A stretch of DNA of 10,228 bases. Source: a candidate division WOR-3 bacterium. GTDB taxonomy: Bacteria > Hydrothermota > Hydrothermia > JBDRYB01. The notes beneath the pieces were generated by a model. The model saw only the letters and a program-made list of their open reading frames with translations. It made no database searches and had not been told where the DNA came from. Position numbers and translations under genes: made by a program. Position 1 is the stretch's first letter. Each line of letters begins with the position of its first letter. The DNA lies in the NCBI GenBank assembly GCA_039803205.1, contig JBDRYB010000041.1, positions 1-10,228 of the forward strand, given 5' to 3'. Positions 1 through 7,706 of this stretch are shown one piece after another.

Positions 1-77
1 GAATGGGTCTGGAAGCCAGGGATTTCCTCACGGAGGCCCTGAGACTGATATTTACAGGTGTGTGCCAATCCTTGCTT

Positions 78-245
78 GATACTTGTGGAGAAAGGGTCAT
101 ATTTTTTCTCCTTTCCCGGCCCTTCCTTCTTGGGGCCGGGGTTATATTTTCATCCCTCAGGGCCTCCCTGGGCCACTACGGCCCCAAGGGTTTGAGAGCC
201 TTGCAGGATAAGGGTTTCAGAGGGGAGGAAAGTGTGAGATCTCAG
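78..245 (+). repeat. Left copy of ~170-bp inverted repeat; probable IS right end (homology may extend left of 78)
   Basis: Matches the reverse complement of 10056-10228 except for 3 substitutions and a 5-nt GCCTT duplication in the right copy. Near-identity stops abruptly after GAAAGTGTGAGATCTCAG. The IS-end call is an inference from the sharp boundary and the TIR-like terminus. Confidence 0.9.
115..150 (+). terminator. Terminator-like hairpin inside the repeat
   Basis: CCCGGCCC (115-122), 10-nt loop, GGGCCGGG (133-140), then GTTATATTTT. The stem is intact in both repeat copies. Confidence 0.5.
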
Positions 246-257
246 AAGATTTGGCCC

Positions 258-286
258 TTGACAGTCCACGCTTTTTCGGTTATAAT
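258..286 (+). promoter_or_regulatory. Consensus sigma70 promoter
   Basis: TTGACA (258-263), 17 nt, TATAAT (281-286), followed by SD AGGAGGTGA before ATG 311. Confidence 0.9.
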
Positions 287-310
287 ATCACCACTAGGAG
301 GTGATGAAGT

Positions 311-1018
311 ATGCTATGTTTTGGTATGCTGGCCCTCCTCCAGATCTCCGATGCCCTTTTTATTAGGGACTGCTGTGAGCCAACAGGCTATTACCAGTGG
401 CTCTTCGGCTGGATAGGCCCATGGGAGGGCAACGGTTGCACGGGAGCAGGCCCCAACCTACGAGGCTACATGTATTGGCCCATCCCCTCCTCGGTTGCCA
501 ACATGAATATCACGGGGGTTTCCCTGAGGCTCGTGACCAACAACTCTGGCTCAACGAGCCTGAATGTCAATAAAGTTGGAGCCTACCAACCCTCTGCCCA
601 GGACTGTGGTGATGGGCCATACACCTCCGGATTTGCTGTTCCCTCTGGGGCGGATGTTGAGTTCTATGTCCCCCTTGGTGGAAGCATAATCTCTGACCTA
701 AAGGCCAAGGCCGGAGGCATGTTCGGCCTTGGCCTGAGCGGAACAGGGGCCGACAAGTTCTTCTACTCCCACTGGGCATGGTATCCTGACGACGCCTGGC
801 TCGTCATCAACTATAACCCTCTTTACGAGGATGTGGGAGGGGGAACCGTTATAACCGATGTCCCTGGCAGGGCATTCCTCTATGATATAACTGGTCGGTG
901 CGTGAAGGATATGGGGGTTCTGGAACCGGGGGCGCACGACCTTTCGGGCTTGGCACTGGAAAGGGGTGTATATATCCTGATGATAGGAGAGAAAGCCTTC
1001 AAGATAATAAGGAGGTGA
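311..1018 (+). CDS. Secreted Cys-rich DNRLRE/CBM96-like protein with T9SS-type C-terminal tail, paralog 1
   Basis: 235-aa ORF with strong SD and short hydrophobic N-terminus. LRGYMYWPIPS..ITGVSLRL and FYS..WLVINY resemble DNRLRE-domain motifs. C-terminal LYDITGRCVK..GVYILMIG..KIIRR. Domain names are from motif recall. Confidence 0.8.
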   Translation: MLCFGMLALLQISDALFIRDCCEPTGYYQWLFGWIGPWEGNGCTGAGPNLRGYMYWPIPSSVANMNITGVSLRLVTNNSGSTSLNVNKVGAYQPSAQDCGDGPYTSGFAVPSGADVEFYVPLGGSIISDLKAKAGGMFGLGLSGTGADKFFYSHWAWYPDDAWLVINYNPLYEDVGGGTVITDVPGRAFLYDITGRCVKDMGVLEPGAHDLSGLALERGVYILMIGEKAFKIIRR

Positions 1019-1022
1019 TGAG

Positions 1023-1703
1023 ATGCTGTTCTTAAGCATAGCGCTTCTCGGTGATGTTACCATAAGCGATTGCTGTGAGCCTACGGGTTATTATCAGAAG
1101 GTCCTGAACAACTGGATAGGCCCATGGGAGGGCGACGGTTGCACGGGAGCAGGCCCCAACCTACGAGGCTACATGTATTGGCCCATCCCTGCTTATATTG
1201 CTGAGAAGCAGATAGATGCGGTTTATCTCAGGATGGTCACCAACACCAGCGCGTCGGTTTCAATGAACATCAACAAGGTTGGTAACTATCCGCCGAGCCC
1301 TCAGGACTGCGCGGATGAGCCATACACCACGGGATACACTCCTCCGTATGGCGCTGATATTGAGTTTCAGGTCCTCCTCGGAGGGAACATAGTGAACGAT
1401 GTGAAGGCAAAGGCAGGGAGCATGTTCGGCCTCGGTATATCCGGGACCGGTTCGGACAAGTTCTTCTACTCCCACTGGGCATTGTATCCCGACGATGCTT
1501 GGCTCATCCTGGTTATCCCGGTTGAGACAGAGGAAACACCCGCCCCTGACGGCTTGGTAAGGGCTGTTCTCTACGACGCCTCGGGGAGGCCGGTTGCTGA
1601 CTACGGGTATGTTTCGGAGGATTTCGTTCCGGAGATGAGGGGCCTCAAAGGCGGGGTCTACATCCTGGTAAGGGGGGAGGAGGCGCTGAAGCTGGTGAAA
1701 TAA
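1023..1703 (+). CDS. Secreted Cys-rich DNRLRE/CBM96-like protein with T9SS-type C-terminal tail, paralog 2
   Basis: 226-aa ORF whose SD AAGGAGGTGA overlaps the upstream stop. Colinear with paralog 1 (DCCEPTGYY, GCTGAGPNLRGYMYWPIP, DKFFYSHW). Tail LYDASGRPV..GVYILVRG..KLVK. Confidence 0.8.
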   Translation: MLFLSIALLGDVTISDCCEPTGYYQKVLNNWIGPWEGDGCTGAGPNLRGYMYWPIPAYIAEKQIDAVYLRMVTNTSASVSMNINKVGNYPPSPQDCADEPYTTGYTPPYGADIEFQVLLGGNIVNDVKAKAGSMFGLGISGTGSDKFFYSHWALYPDDAWLILVIPVETEETPAPDGLVRAVLYDASGRPVADYGYVSEDFVPEMRGLKGGVYILVRGEEALKLVK

Positions 1704-1719
1704 AGGTTTCCTCCGTTAA

Positions 1720-3072
1720 TTATAGTCTCATTATTGCTATGGCTATTCCGAAGTAAATGGCGAGACCTGTTGCATCAACCAGGGTTGTTATCAGGGGGCT
1801 TGAAACCACAGCGGGATCAACTCTCAGCACATATTTGGCGAAAAGCGGAGTAAAAAAGCCCATGAGGTTTGAGGCTATGACCACGGATAGCATGGCTGTT
1901 CCTGCTGTTATGGCTATCCTGATATCAGGAGTTCTGAAAATGCCTATTACGAAAGTGGTGATACCGAGAACGAACCCTATCAGCAAGGCCACGGCTATCT
2001 CCTCAAGGAAGAATCTCATGAACCTACGAACCTGAAACTCGCCCGTCGCTATCCCCCTGACTATGAGGGTGACAGCCTGCGAACCCATGTTGCCGCCGGT
2101 GTCGGCAAGCATCGGAATGAAATACGAAAGGGCCAGAAAAGAGCCGAGAACTGCCTCAAATCTCTGGATTACAATCCCCGGAATGATCCCGAGGATTATG
2201 AGTATCACGAGCCAGGGCGTTCTCCTCCAGGCCCTTCCCCACACATTCAGGCCGAAATAGCGCTCCTCGGGCGCGGCTATTGCCATGAGGCGCTGGAAAT
2301 CCTCGGTTGCCTCAGCTGTCTGAATGTCTATGACATCGTCAGCGGTTATCACGCCAATGAGCTCGCCATCCGCATCCACAACGGGCAATGCCAAGAGGTT
2401 GTATTTTCCCAGCATTCTCGCGGCCTCCTCCGCGGGCTCATCAACCCTCACTGTCGGGACTGGGCTCTCCATTATCTCAGATAGCTTTGTGTCCGGGCGT
2501 GCCTTCAGGAGATCAACGGCTGATATCGTTCCGAGGAGAACGCCGGAATCGTCCGTGACCATTATCTGGTAAAGGGCTTCCTCCTCGGGCTGGGTTTGCC
2601 TTATCCTCTCAAGGAGCTCGCCAACTGTCGCGGATTCTCGCTCCTCAAGGAAATCCGTTGACATTACTCGGCCGGCCGAATCCTCAGGAAAACCGAGGAG
2701 GGTAAGGACCTCCTGTTTGTCCTCCTTGGAGATGAGGGCCATTATCCTCTTGACGACCTGAGGAGGCAGTTCGGAGAAGAGCGCGGCCCGGTCGTCAGGG
2801 TCAAGCTCCTCAACTATGGCACGGGTCTCCTCGCCAGTGAAGTGCTCAAGGAGCTCCTCCGCGAGGTCATGGTCCAGCTCAGAGAAGACCTCTCCAGCTG
2901 TTTCCTTGTCCAACAAGCGGAAGACAACGACCTGTTCTTTTGGGGGGAGGAGGGCGAGAAGCTCAACGATGTCCTGGGGCCAGAGGTAGGAGAGGGCCTT
3001 TTTTACATCGGTGTAGTGCCCCTCGGAGAGGGCCTCCGCGATATCCGGCAATATGAACCTGACAAGGTCCAT
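1720..3072 (-). CDS. mgtE: Magnesium transporter MgtE
   Basis: 450 aa with acidic N-domain, CBS pair (DSAGRVMSTDF; LALPVVD..GVITADDVID), and TM motifs PMLADTGGNMGSQ and DPAVVSSPLITTLVDATG. Confidence 0.97.
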   Translation of the reverse strand: MDLVRFILPDIAEALSEGHYTDVKKALSYLWPQDIVELLALLPPKEQVVVFRLLDKETAGEVFSELDHDLAEELLEHFTGEETRAIVEELDPDDRAALFSELPPQVVKRIMALISKEDKQEVLTLLGFPEDSAGRVMSTDFLEERESATVGELLERIRQTQPEEEALYQIMVTDDSGVLLGTISAVDLLKARPDTKLSEIMESPVPTVRVDEPAEEAARMLGKYNLLALPVVDADGELIGVITADDVIDIQTAEATEDFQRLMAIAAPEERYFGLNVWGRAWRRTPWLVILIILGIIPGIVIQRFEAVLGSFLALSYFIPMLADTGGNMGSQAVTLIVRGIATGEFQVRRFMRFFLEEIAVALLIGFVLGITTFVIGIFRTPDIRIAITAGTAMLSVVIASNLMGFFTPLFAKYVLRVDPAVVSSPLITTLVDATGLAIYFGIAIAIMRL

Positions 3073-3107
3073 CTGAGTTCTCTCCGTCTACTTCGGGGCA
3101 CGATTAA

Positions 3108-3137
3108 ATTATAATGCTGGCGGCTATGCCCGCGCAA
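3108..3137 (-). promoter_or_regulatory. Putative mgtE promoter
   Basis: TTGCGC (3137-3132), 18 nt, TATAAT (3113-3108), 35 nt before the ATG at 3072. Confidence 0.55.
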
Positions 3138-3211
3138 CAATAACCAGCCTATTCGCGCCCAGGCCACTGGTTGAGCTATAATATTCCGGAAACAAAAAGG
3201 GGACAAAAGAT

Positions 3212-3453
3212 ATGTTCACGAAGTATCAGAAAGAGAAGATGACCTGGGGTCAGTTTGAGGCAGAGAGGAGACTTCCAGAGGATCACTTCCTGATGAGGAT
3301 AAACGCCCTCATAGACTTCTCTCCCATAGAGAAGGCTCTGAGCCCGCCAATGTCCACGACACCCATCTGTTTGACCCGCTAATGTTAGACTGGCTCAAGG
3401 AGGTCTATGGGGACAAGGGCTTCTCAGATGAAAGAAGGAGAAGGAAACTCTGA
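3212..3453 (+). pseudogene. Internally deleted, frameshifted IS5-family transposase
   Basis: From ATG 3212: MFTKYQKEKMTWGQFEAERRLPEDHFLMRINALIDFSPIEKAL, an IS5/IS1182-type N-terminus. From 3343 in another frame: PANVHDTHLFDPLMLDWLKEVYGDKGFSDE, matching the PANVHD and DKG(Y/F) DDE-region motifs; stop at 3453. Confidence 0.85.
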
Positions 3454-3492
3454 GAACGAGCAAATGAAAGCCAAAAAGAGACAAAAGGGAAC

Positions 3493-3520
3493 AAAAATGG
3501 GGGCCTCAGACCCCCTTTTT
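3493..3520. terminator. Possible bidirectional terminator
   Basis: AAAAA-T-GGGGG-cctcaga-CCCCC-TTTTT. It lies downstream of both the IS fragment (+) and the beta-propeller genes (-). Confidence 0.45.
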
Positions 3521-3579
3521 AGGTTCAAGTGAGGGTTAGCTGGGCCTGAGAGGAGGCCCAGGGGGGAGGAGGGGAAGCT

Positions 3580-3596
3580 GGGGGGGGGGGGGGGGG
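3580..3596 (+). repeat. G17 homopolymer
   Basis: 17 consecutive G, preceded by GGGGGGAGGAGGGG and the hairpin CTGGGCCT-gagagg-AGGCCCAG (3540-3561). Confidence 0.9.
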
Positions 3597-3674
3597 TTAT
3601 CAGAACTCTCATCTATGTCAAGGAGGAACTCTTTTAGGGAAGCTGTTCTGGCCATGGTCTATCCGGTTTCCGTG

Positions 3675-5201
3675 CTACCTGATCACTGCCCTTGCCCAGA
3701 GGATTTTATCCCCGGCTACTAGTTCCACGAAATAGATGCCAGGATGTAAGGGCAACCCCGCTTGATTGTACAATTTTACCTCATGTTTCCCTGCCTCTAG
3801 GAATCCGTCAATCGGCCTTGCGACCAGGCGGCCTGGGGCATCGTAAAGAAAAAGAGAAACGCTACCAGAATGAGGAAGCAAAAGGATAATTTCTCTACCC
3901 ACAATGAACATATGTGGGCTTTTTTCGGGCACATATTCATTGAGAGGAGTGGAACATATTATGCTATCCCTAAGAAGGGGAGTATTTACGATAAGTTCCA
4001 CATCATTCACTTCTGGTTGAATAACAGCTATTGAGCATGAGGCGCCTTGAAAGACATACGGAGTGTAATTTGCGGGCACTGTACTAAGTGATTCCTGCAA
4101 ACATGTGTTTCCTCCATCATCAACCTTTATAAGCAGATTATCCCCTGATTCAAGGAAGGCTGAAATGCCCGATACCATATAGCCTCCGTCCAAAGTTCGG
4201 ATAAGGGATGAAGGCTTGTTATAACTCTCTCCCAAGGGAATTAACCTAGACCAGAGCAGATTACCAGCATAATCCATGTAAATGAGCACCAGATAGGTAG
4301 TCGGCCAATCGCCAATTGTACCTACGAGAATCAATCCACTGTTAGATACGGCTAGATAATTAAATTCACCCTCTAAGTCCGAAAAGATCTTGCTCCACAC
4401 AAGGTTGCCGTAAAGATCAAATTTTGCCACGAATGGCCTTGGAGGGGAGGTTGATCCTTTGTCAACATAACCGGCCACAACGAGGCTACCATCAGGTGTC
4501 TCCCCTACACAGTTAGCAGAGTTCCAACGGGGGTCTCCTAGGATCTTTGCCCAAAGGAGGTTTAGAGTGGAATCAAACCTGCAGACCATCGCATACCTAT
4601 CATATAGAGATACCCAAACCGCGCCCACGATCGCGAACCCGCAATCGCTCGTTTGTATTGCCCTGAATCCTGCGTCTGAGCCCGGGGGAATTAAAGCCTT
4701 ACTCCACAAGTGGTTACCTGCTGAGTCAAATCTGGAAAGAGCAATATCATACTTATCCGTAGAAGATAGGACCAAGAACCCCTCGTCAAAGGTCTGAGTA
4801 ATGGAGTATGGTTCTCTAATGTCGTCCCCACTAAGCATCTTTGCCCAGGATAGGTTCCCCATAAAATCAAAACTCACCAAGAGGACTCCAGAAAAGCCTC
4901 CGAATTCATAGTGGCATACTGCTATGAACTTCTCCGATGTGCTGATGATTTCCACGGGTTTATCATATCCGGGGCTTCCAAAGGTCTTGGCCCAGAGATA
5001 ATTGCCATACTGATCAACTTTTACCAGTGTTATATCATAATCACCTGCGCCGAATCCGCTGATATACCCAACTGCCCAAAAGCTTCCGTTTGGCGCCTGA
5101 ATAATCCCACTCAGCCCATCATATTGGGTTTTTCTCCCAAAAACGCTGATGAACTGGGATTGACCCGGAAGCGCCATTAAAACGAGGATAAGATGTGCCA
5201 T
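3675..5201 (-). CDS. Secreted beta-propeller repeat protein with T9SS-type C-terminal tail
   Basis: Likely start is ATG 5201 (MAHLILVLMAL), preceded by GGAGGA and following the upstream stop. Repeated (K/R)xDxxGNxLWxK blades. Tail VSLFLYDAPGRLV..PGIYFVEL..VIR. Confidence 0.85.
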   Translation of the reverse strand: MAHLILVLMALPGQSQFISVFGRKTQYDGLSGIIQAPNGSFWAVGYISGFGAGDYDITLVKVDQYGNYLWAKTFGSPGYDKPVEIISTSEKFIAVCHYEFGGFSGVLLVSFDFMGNLSWAKMLSGDDIREPYSITQTFDEGFLVLSSTDKYDIALSRFDSAGNHLWSKALIPPGSDAGFRAIQTSDCGFAIVGAVWVSLYDRYAMVCRFDSTLNLLWAKILGDPRWNSANCVGETPDGSLVVAGYVDKGSTSPPRPFVAKFDLYGNLVWSKIFSDLEGEFNYLAVSNSGLILVGTIGDWPTTYLVLIYMDYAGNLLWSRLIPLGESYNKPSSLIRTLDGGYMVSGISAFLESGDNLLIKVDDGGNTCLQESLSTVPANYTPYVFQGASCSIAVIQPEVNDVELIVNTPLLRDSIICSTPLNEYVPEKSPHMFIVGREIILLLPHSGSVSLFLYDAPGRLVARPIDGFLEAGKHEVKLYNQAGLPLHPGIYFVELVAGDKILWARAVIR

Positions 5202-5202
5202 A

Positions 5203-6744
5203 TTATTTCCTCCCATAAACTAGCATTCTTGCTGTATAGGTTTTTATAGGGATCTTCAGCTCAACGAAATAAAGGCCCGTCTCCAAGTTGGGATTTACGG
5301 TATATTCTCCAGCATCCAGCACCTCATCCACTGGCCTGGCAACGGGCCGACCCAGAGGATCGTAGACAGATAGAACAACATGAGCCGCTGATGCCAAAGA
5401 AAAACGAATGCGGCCACCGTTAACAAAGAAATCAATCCCCTCACATTCTATCTCGTTCACACCCACAAAGCAAACCGTATCAATTGAAGGAACTAATGTT
5501 CCCATGTGGAGGCTTACAGGGTTTGTAGCAAAAGAATTGCGGTAAGTGGATGGGGTGGGTGTGGCGATCATTCTATCACGGGTAGCAGAGTAGTTATAAT
5601 AACCCTCTGAACCTACGCAGGTCTCTGGAGCGGCGTTAAATTTGGTAAGAACCATATCGTAATTTCCAAAACCCATGTTCTCCCCGGAGCCAGCTGCTAC
5701 TAAGCTGCCGGAATCATCAACAAACGAATAGAAATAAACGATGCCAAACGGATAAATTGTCCAATACCTGTAACCGTAAATCCTTTTTACGATCACCTTA
5801 CTCTGGCTGAGCCAGGCGTAGAGATAGGAGGAATCAGATGGAACGATCATCCTTCTCAGATTTTTTGGAACCCAGATGTCCCAGGGGCTAAGACACTGGT
5901 GCCACAAGTATGAACCGTTTTGGCTAAATGCTACCAGGAAAGCGGTGCCACCTAAGCCCTCATCCCAGGCATCGCCTACCACAAGAACTGTGCCATCAGG
6001 GTACTGAACTAGATCGTAACCCTCACTATAAGGTTTGTTGCCATAACTGCCGGGCATCAGAAAGGTCCTTGTCCATTGACGGTTGCCCCCGGAATCAAAA
6101 ATGGATAGCATCATTTCCTCCTTCCCGACCGAGAACCCAATGCTTTTTCCCACAACAGCAAATCCGCCATCTTTGGTCTGTATGAGCGAATTTCCATAGT
6201 CAAAGTAGGCTCCTCCGTGGGTAGTGAACCACTCTCCTTCTCCATTCGGGCCGCATTTGGCAAGAAGTATATCAGAATTTAACACACCCGTAAGGGCAAA
6301 TCCGCCGTCCCGGGTGGGGATCACATCGTTAATGCTGGTATAATAGCCTAATGATACACCTATAACCTTACACCACAAAAGATTCCCGTTCTGATCCAGC
6401 TTGATGGCTAGGATACCAGATGGGACTAGAGCTATGTCTCTTGTTTCCCCTACAACGATAATATCCCCATTAGAAGTTTCAATCACCCCTACTCCATAGT
6501 CAGAGCTGTCGGAACCAAAAAGTCTTGTCCAAAGGTGCTGGCCTGAGGAGCTGAATTTTGAAACCATGATATCGTAGTCGCCCGCCGTGTAACTGTTAGA
6601 ATATCCTGCTACAACAAAGCACCCGTCAGAGGTGCGGGTGATAGACTCGGCAAAATCATTACCAGGCCCGCCGAAAACAAGGACAAACTGACCCTGTGCT
6701 TGGGCCAGCCCAACGAGGCACAACATCATCAAGAGTCCACGCAT
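5203..6744 (-). CDS. Secreted beta-propeller repeat protein with T9SS-type C-terminal tail
   Basis: 513 aa with signal peptide MRGLLMMLCLVGLAQA and SD AAGGAGG. Repeats TxDGGFxxxG and KLDQNGNLLWCK. Tail VYDPLGRPV..GLYFVEL. Confidence 0.88.
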   Translation of the reverse strand: MRGLLMMLCLVGLAQAQGQFVLVFGGPGNDFAESITRTSDGCFVVAGYSNSYTAGDYDIMVSKFSSSGQHLWTRLFGSDSSDYGVGVIETSNGDIIVVGETRDIALVPSGILAIKLDQNGNLLWCKVIGVSLGYYTSINDVIPTRDGGFALTGVLNSDILLAKCGPNGEGEWFTTHGGAYFDYGNSLIQTKDGGFAVVGKSIGFSVGKEEMMLSIFDSGGNRQWTRTFLMPGSYGNKPYSEGYDLVQYPDGTVLVVGDAWDEGLGGTAFLVAFSQNGSYLWHQCLSPWDIWVPKNLRRMIVPSDSSYLYAWLSQSKVIVKRIYGYRYWTIYPFGIVYFYSFVDDSGSLVAAGSGENMGFGNYDMVLTKFNAAPETCVGSEGYYNYSATRDRMIATPTPSTYRNSFATNPVSLHMGTLVPSIDTVCFVGVNEIECEGIDFFVNGGRIRFSLASAAHVVLSVYDPLGRPVARPVDEVLDAGEYTVNPNLETGLYFVELKIPIKTYTARMLVYGRK

Positions 6745-6767
6745 TTCAATCCTCCTTATCCTGGAAA

Positions 6768-6796
6768 ATTATAGGGCCCGGGCCGGGGAGTTTCAA
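6768..6796 (-). promoter_or_regulatory. sigma70 promoter for the beta-propeller genes
   Basis: TTGAAA (6796-6791), 17 nt, TATAAT (6773-6768). Confidence 0.85.
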
Positions 6797-6808
6797 CAAC
6801 GCGAACCT

Positions 6809-6890
6809 CTCACCCGACCCACTTTCAACCCCATCTAAGCCCTTATCCGGCAACAACTTAGGCTGAAATGCTTGTGCCCCAAGGACTTAG
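6809..6890 (-). repeat. Diverged third copy of the terminal repeat end, with two IHF-like palindromic boxes
   Basis: 6853-6809 (-) aligns ungapped to 201-245 (+) at 30/45 nt by hand count. Boxes are CTAAG..CAACAACTTAG (6835-6861) and CTGAA..CAAGGACTTAG (6863-6890), each with CAA-N4-TTA. Confidence 0.65.
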
Positions 6891-7219
6891 CTGAGCTAAA
6901 ATGCGGAATTCTCTGATTTTATTATAAAGAGGCGGATTGATTGTTTTTGGTTCCGGAGGCCAAAAATGGTGGGAAAGCGGTATTAGAATACCAGTAATAA
7001 TACACTGGTCAGTTCGGGCTATCGTTGATGCAGTGAAGGTTATGGGGCTTTATGCTGGCTTGCGATTACGGCATCAGAACGTTCACATCCCTGAAAAAGT
7101 GATGAGCTCCCTGGGAAGACAATTCCTCTGTGGTGGTTTTATCAATGGCCCCCCTGAGAAACCTAAAATATACTCAAGAACTTCCCGGAGGTGATTCGTG
7201 GTCCATGTTGTCCCTTCTC

Positions 7220-7522
7220 TTACATGTTCAGAAGGTCATCTATGGTAACCTTATCCTGGGTCAAAATTTCCTCTACACTGAGCTCAGGTCTCAGACCCAT
7301 GCTGCGACAGAGCTTCCAATATTTTTCCCTCGTTATCTCAACCAACTTCAGATCAATATCATCGGGCTTGATACTGAACACATAAAACCTATTAAGGGTT
7401 CTGAAGATACCCCTGGCCGATCCGTCATCATAAAAAAGCATCACGCTTCTCAGAGGAACGATTCCTTTGATTCTGAGAAGGGATTTTATCCTATCCTGAG
7501 TTATTTTCTTTTTACATCCCAT
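7220..7522 (-). CDS. Hypothetical protein (100 aa)
   Basis: AT-rich ORF with plausible composition that overlaps the upstream ORF by 11 nt. No recognisable motif. Confidence 0.55.
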   Translation of the reverse strand: MGCKKKITQDRIKSLLRIKGIVPLRSVMLFYDDGSARGIFRTLNRFYVFSIKPDDIDLKLVEITREKYWKLCRSMGLRPELSVEEILTQDKVTIDDLLNM

Positions 7523-7706
7523 ATTCAGAGGATTCAGAATAAGGTTCTTGCAAAAGCCGTCCTCCTTTTATGACATACCCGTTTCCCCCTTCCGGGGGAT
7601 CGAAAACCTTCCATCCTTCTATGGTTTCAAGGGCATCAGACCTGTTCAAAAGCTCGGTGAGTTCCGATAAAATCCTCCCGTTTCCCTTTTTCGCTTTCAT
7701 GCGCAT
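7512..7706 (-). CDS. Hypothetical protein (64 aa)
   Basis: Short ORF with GGAG upstream, co-oriented with rnpB and the 100-aa ORF. No recognisable motif. Confidence 0.4.
   Translation of the reverse strand: MRMKAKKGNGRILSELTELLNRSDALETIEGWKVFDPPEGGNGYVIKGGRLLQEPYSESSEYGM

Larger units (their letters stand above)
3200..3610 (+). mobile_element. IS5-family remnant
   Basis: Transposase fragments, then a non-coding tail ending TTATCAGAACTCTC (3597-3610), which resembles IS5-group right ends. No matching left TIR was found, so the left boundary is approximate. Confidence 0.65.

Noticed and set aside
84..92. DnaA box-like TGTGGAGAA / replication origin
   Set aside because: One mismatched box per repeat copy, with no cluster or origin-associated genes.
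409..1189. DGR template/variable repeat pair (single A/G difference in an AAC codon)
   Set aside because: Only one mismatch, both copies are in-frame parts of paralogous genes, and no reverse transcriptase is present in the window.
3073..3200. Mg2+ (M-box/ykoK) riboswitch upstream of mgtE
   Set aside because: The putative promoter leaves only about 30 nt of leader, too short for an M-box, and no matching structure was seen.
3616..3621. TTGACA on the - strand next to the IS5 end
   Set aside because: No -10 box at 16-18 nt, and no pre-insertion promoter could be reconstructed.
6835..6890. CRISPR array, integron attC or dif site
   Set aside because: Only two divergent units with a 1-nt gap and no spacers, no cas or integrase genes, no RYYYAAC/GTTRRRY ends, and no XerD-arm TTATGTTAAAT match.
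6952..6961. att-like duplication of the rnpB 3' end (GGCCTCCGGA vs GGCCTCCCCGGA on the - strand)
   Set aside because: Short and gapped, compatible with chance, and no integrase is present.
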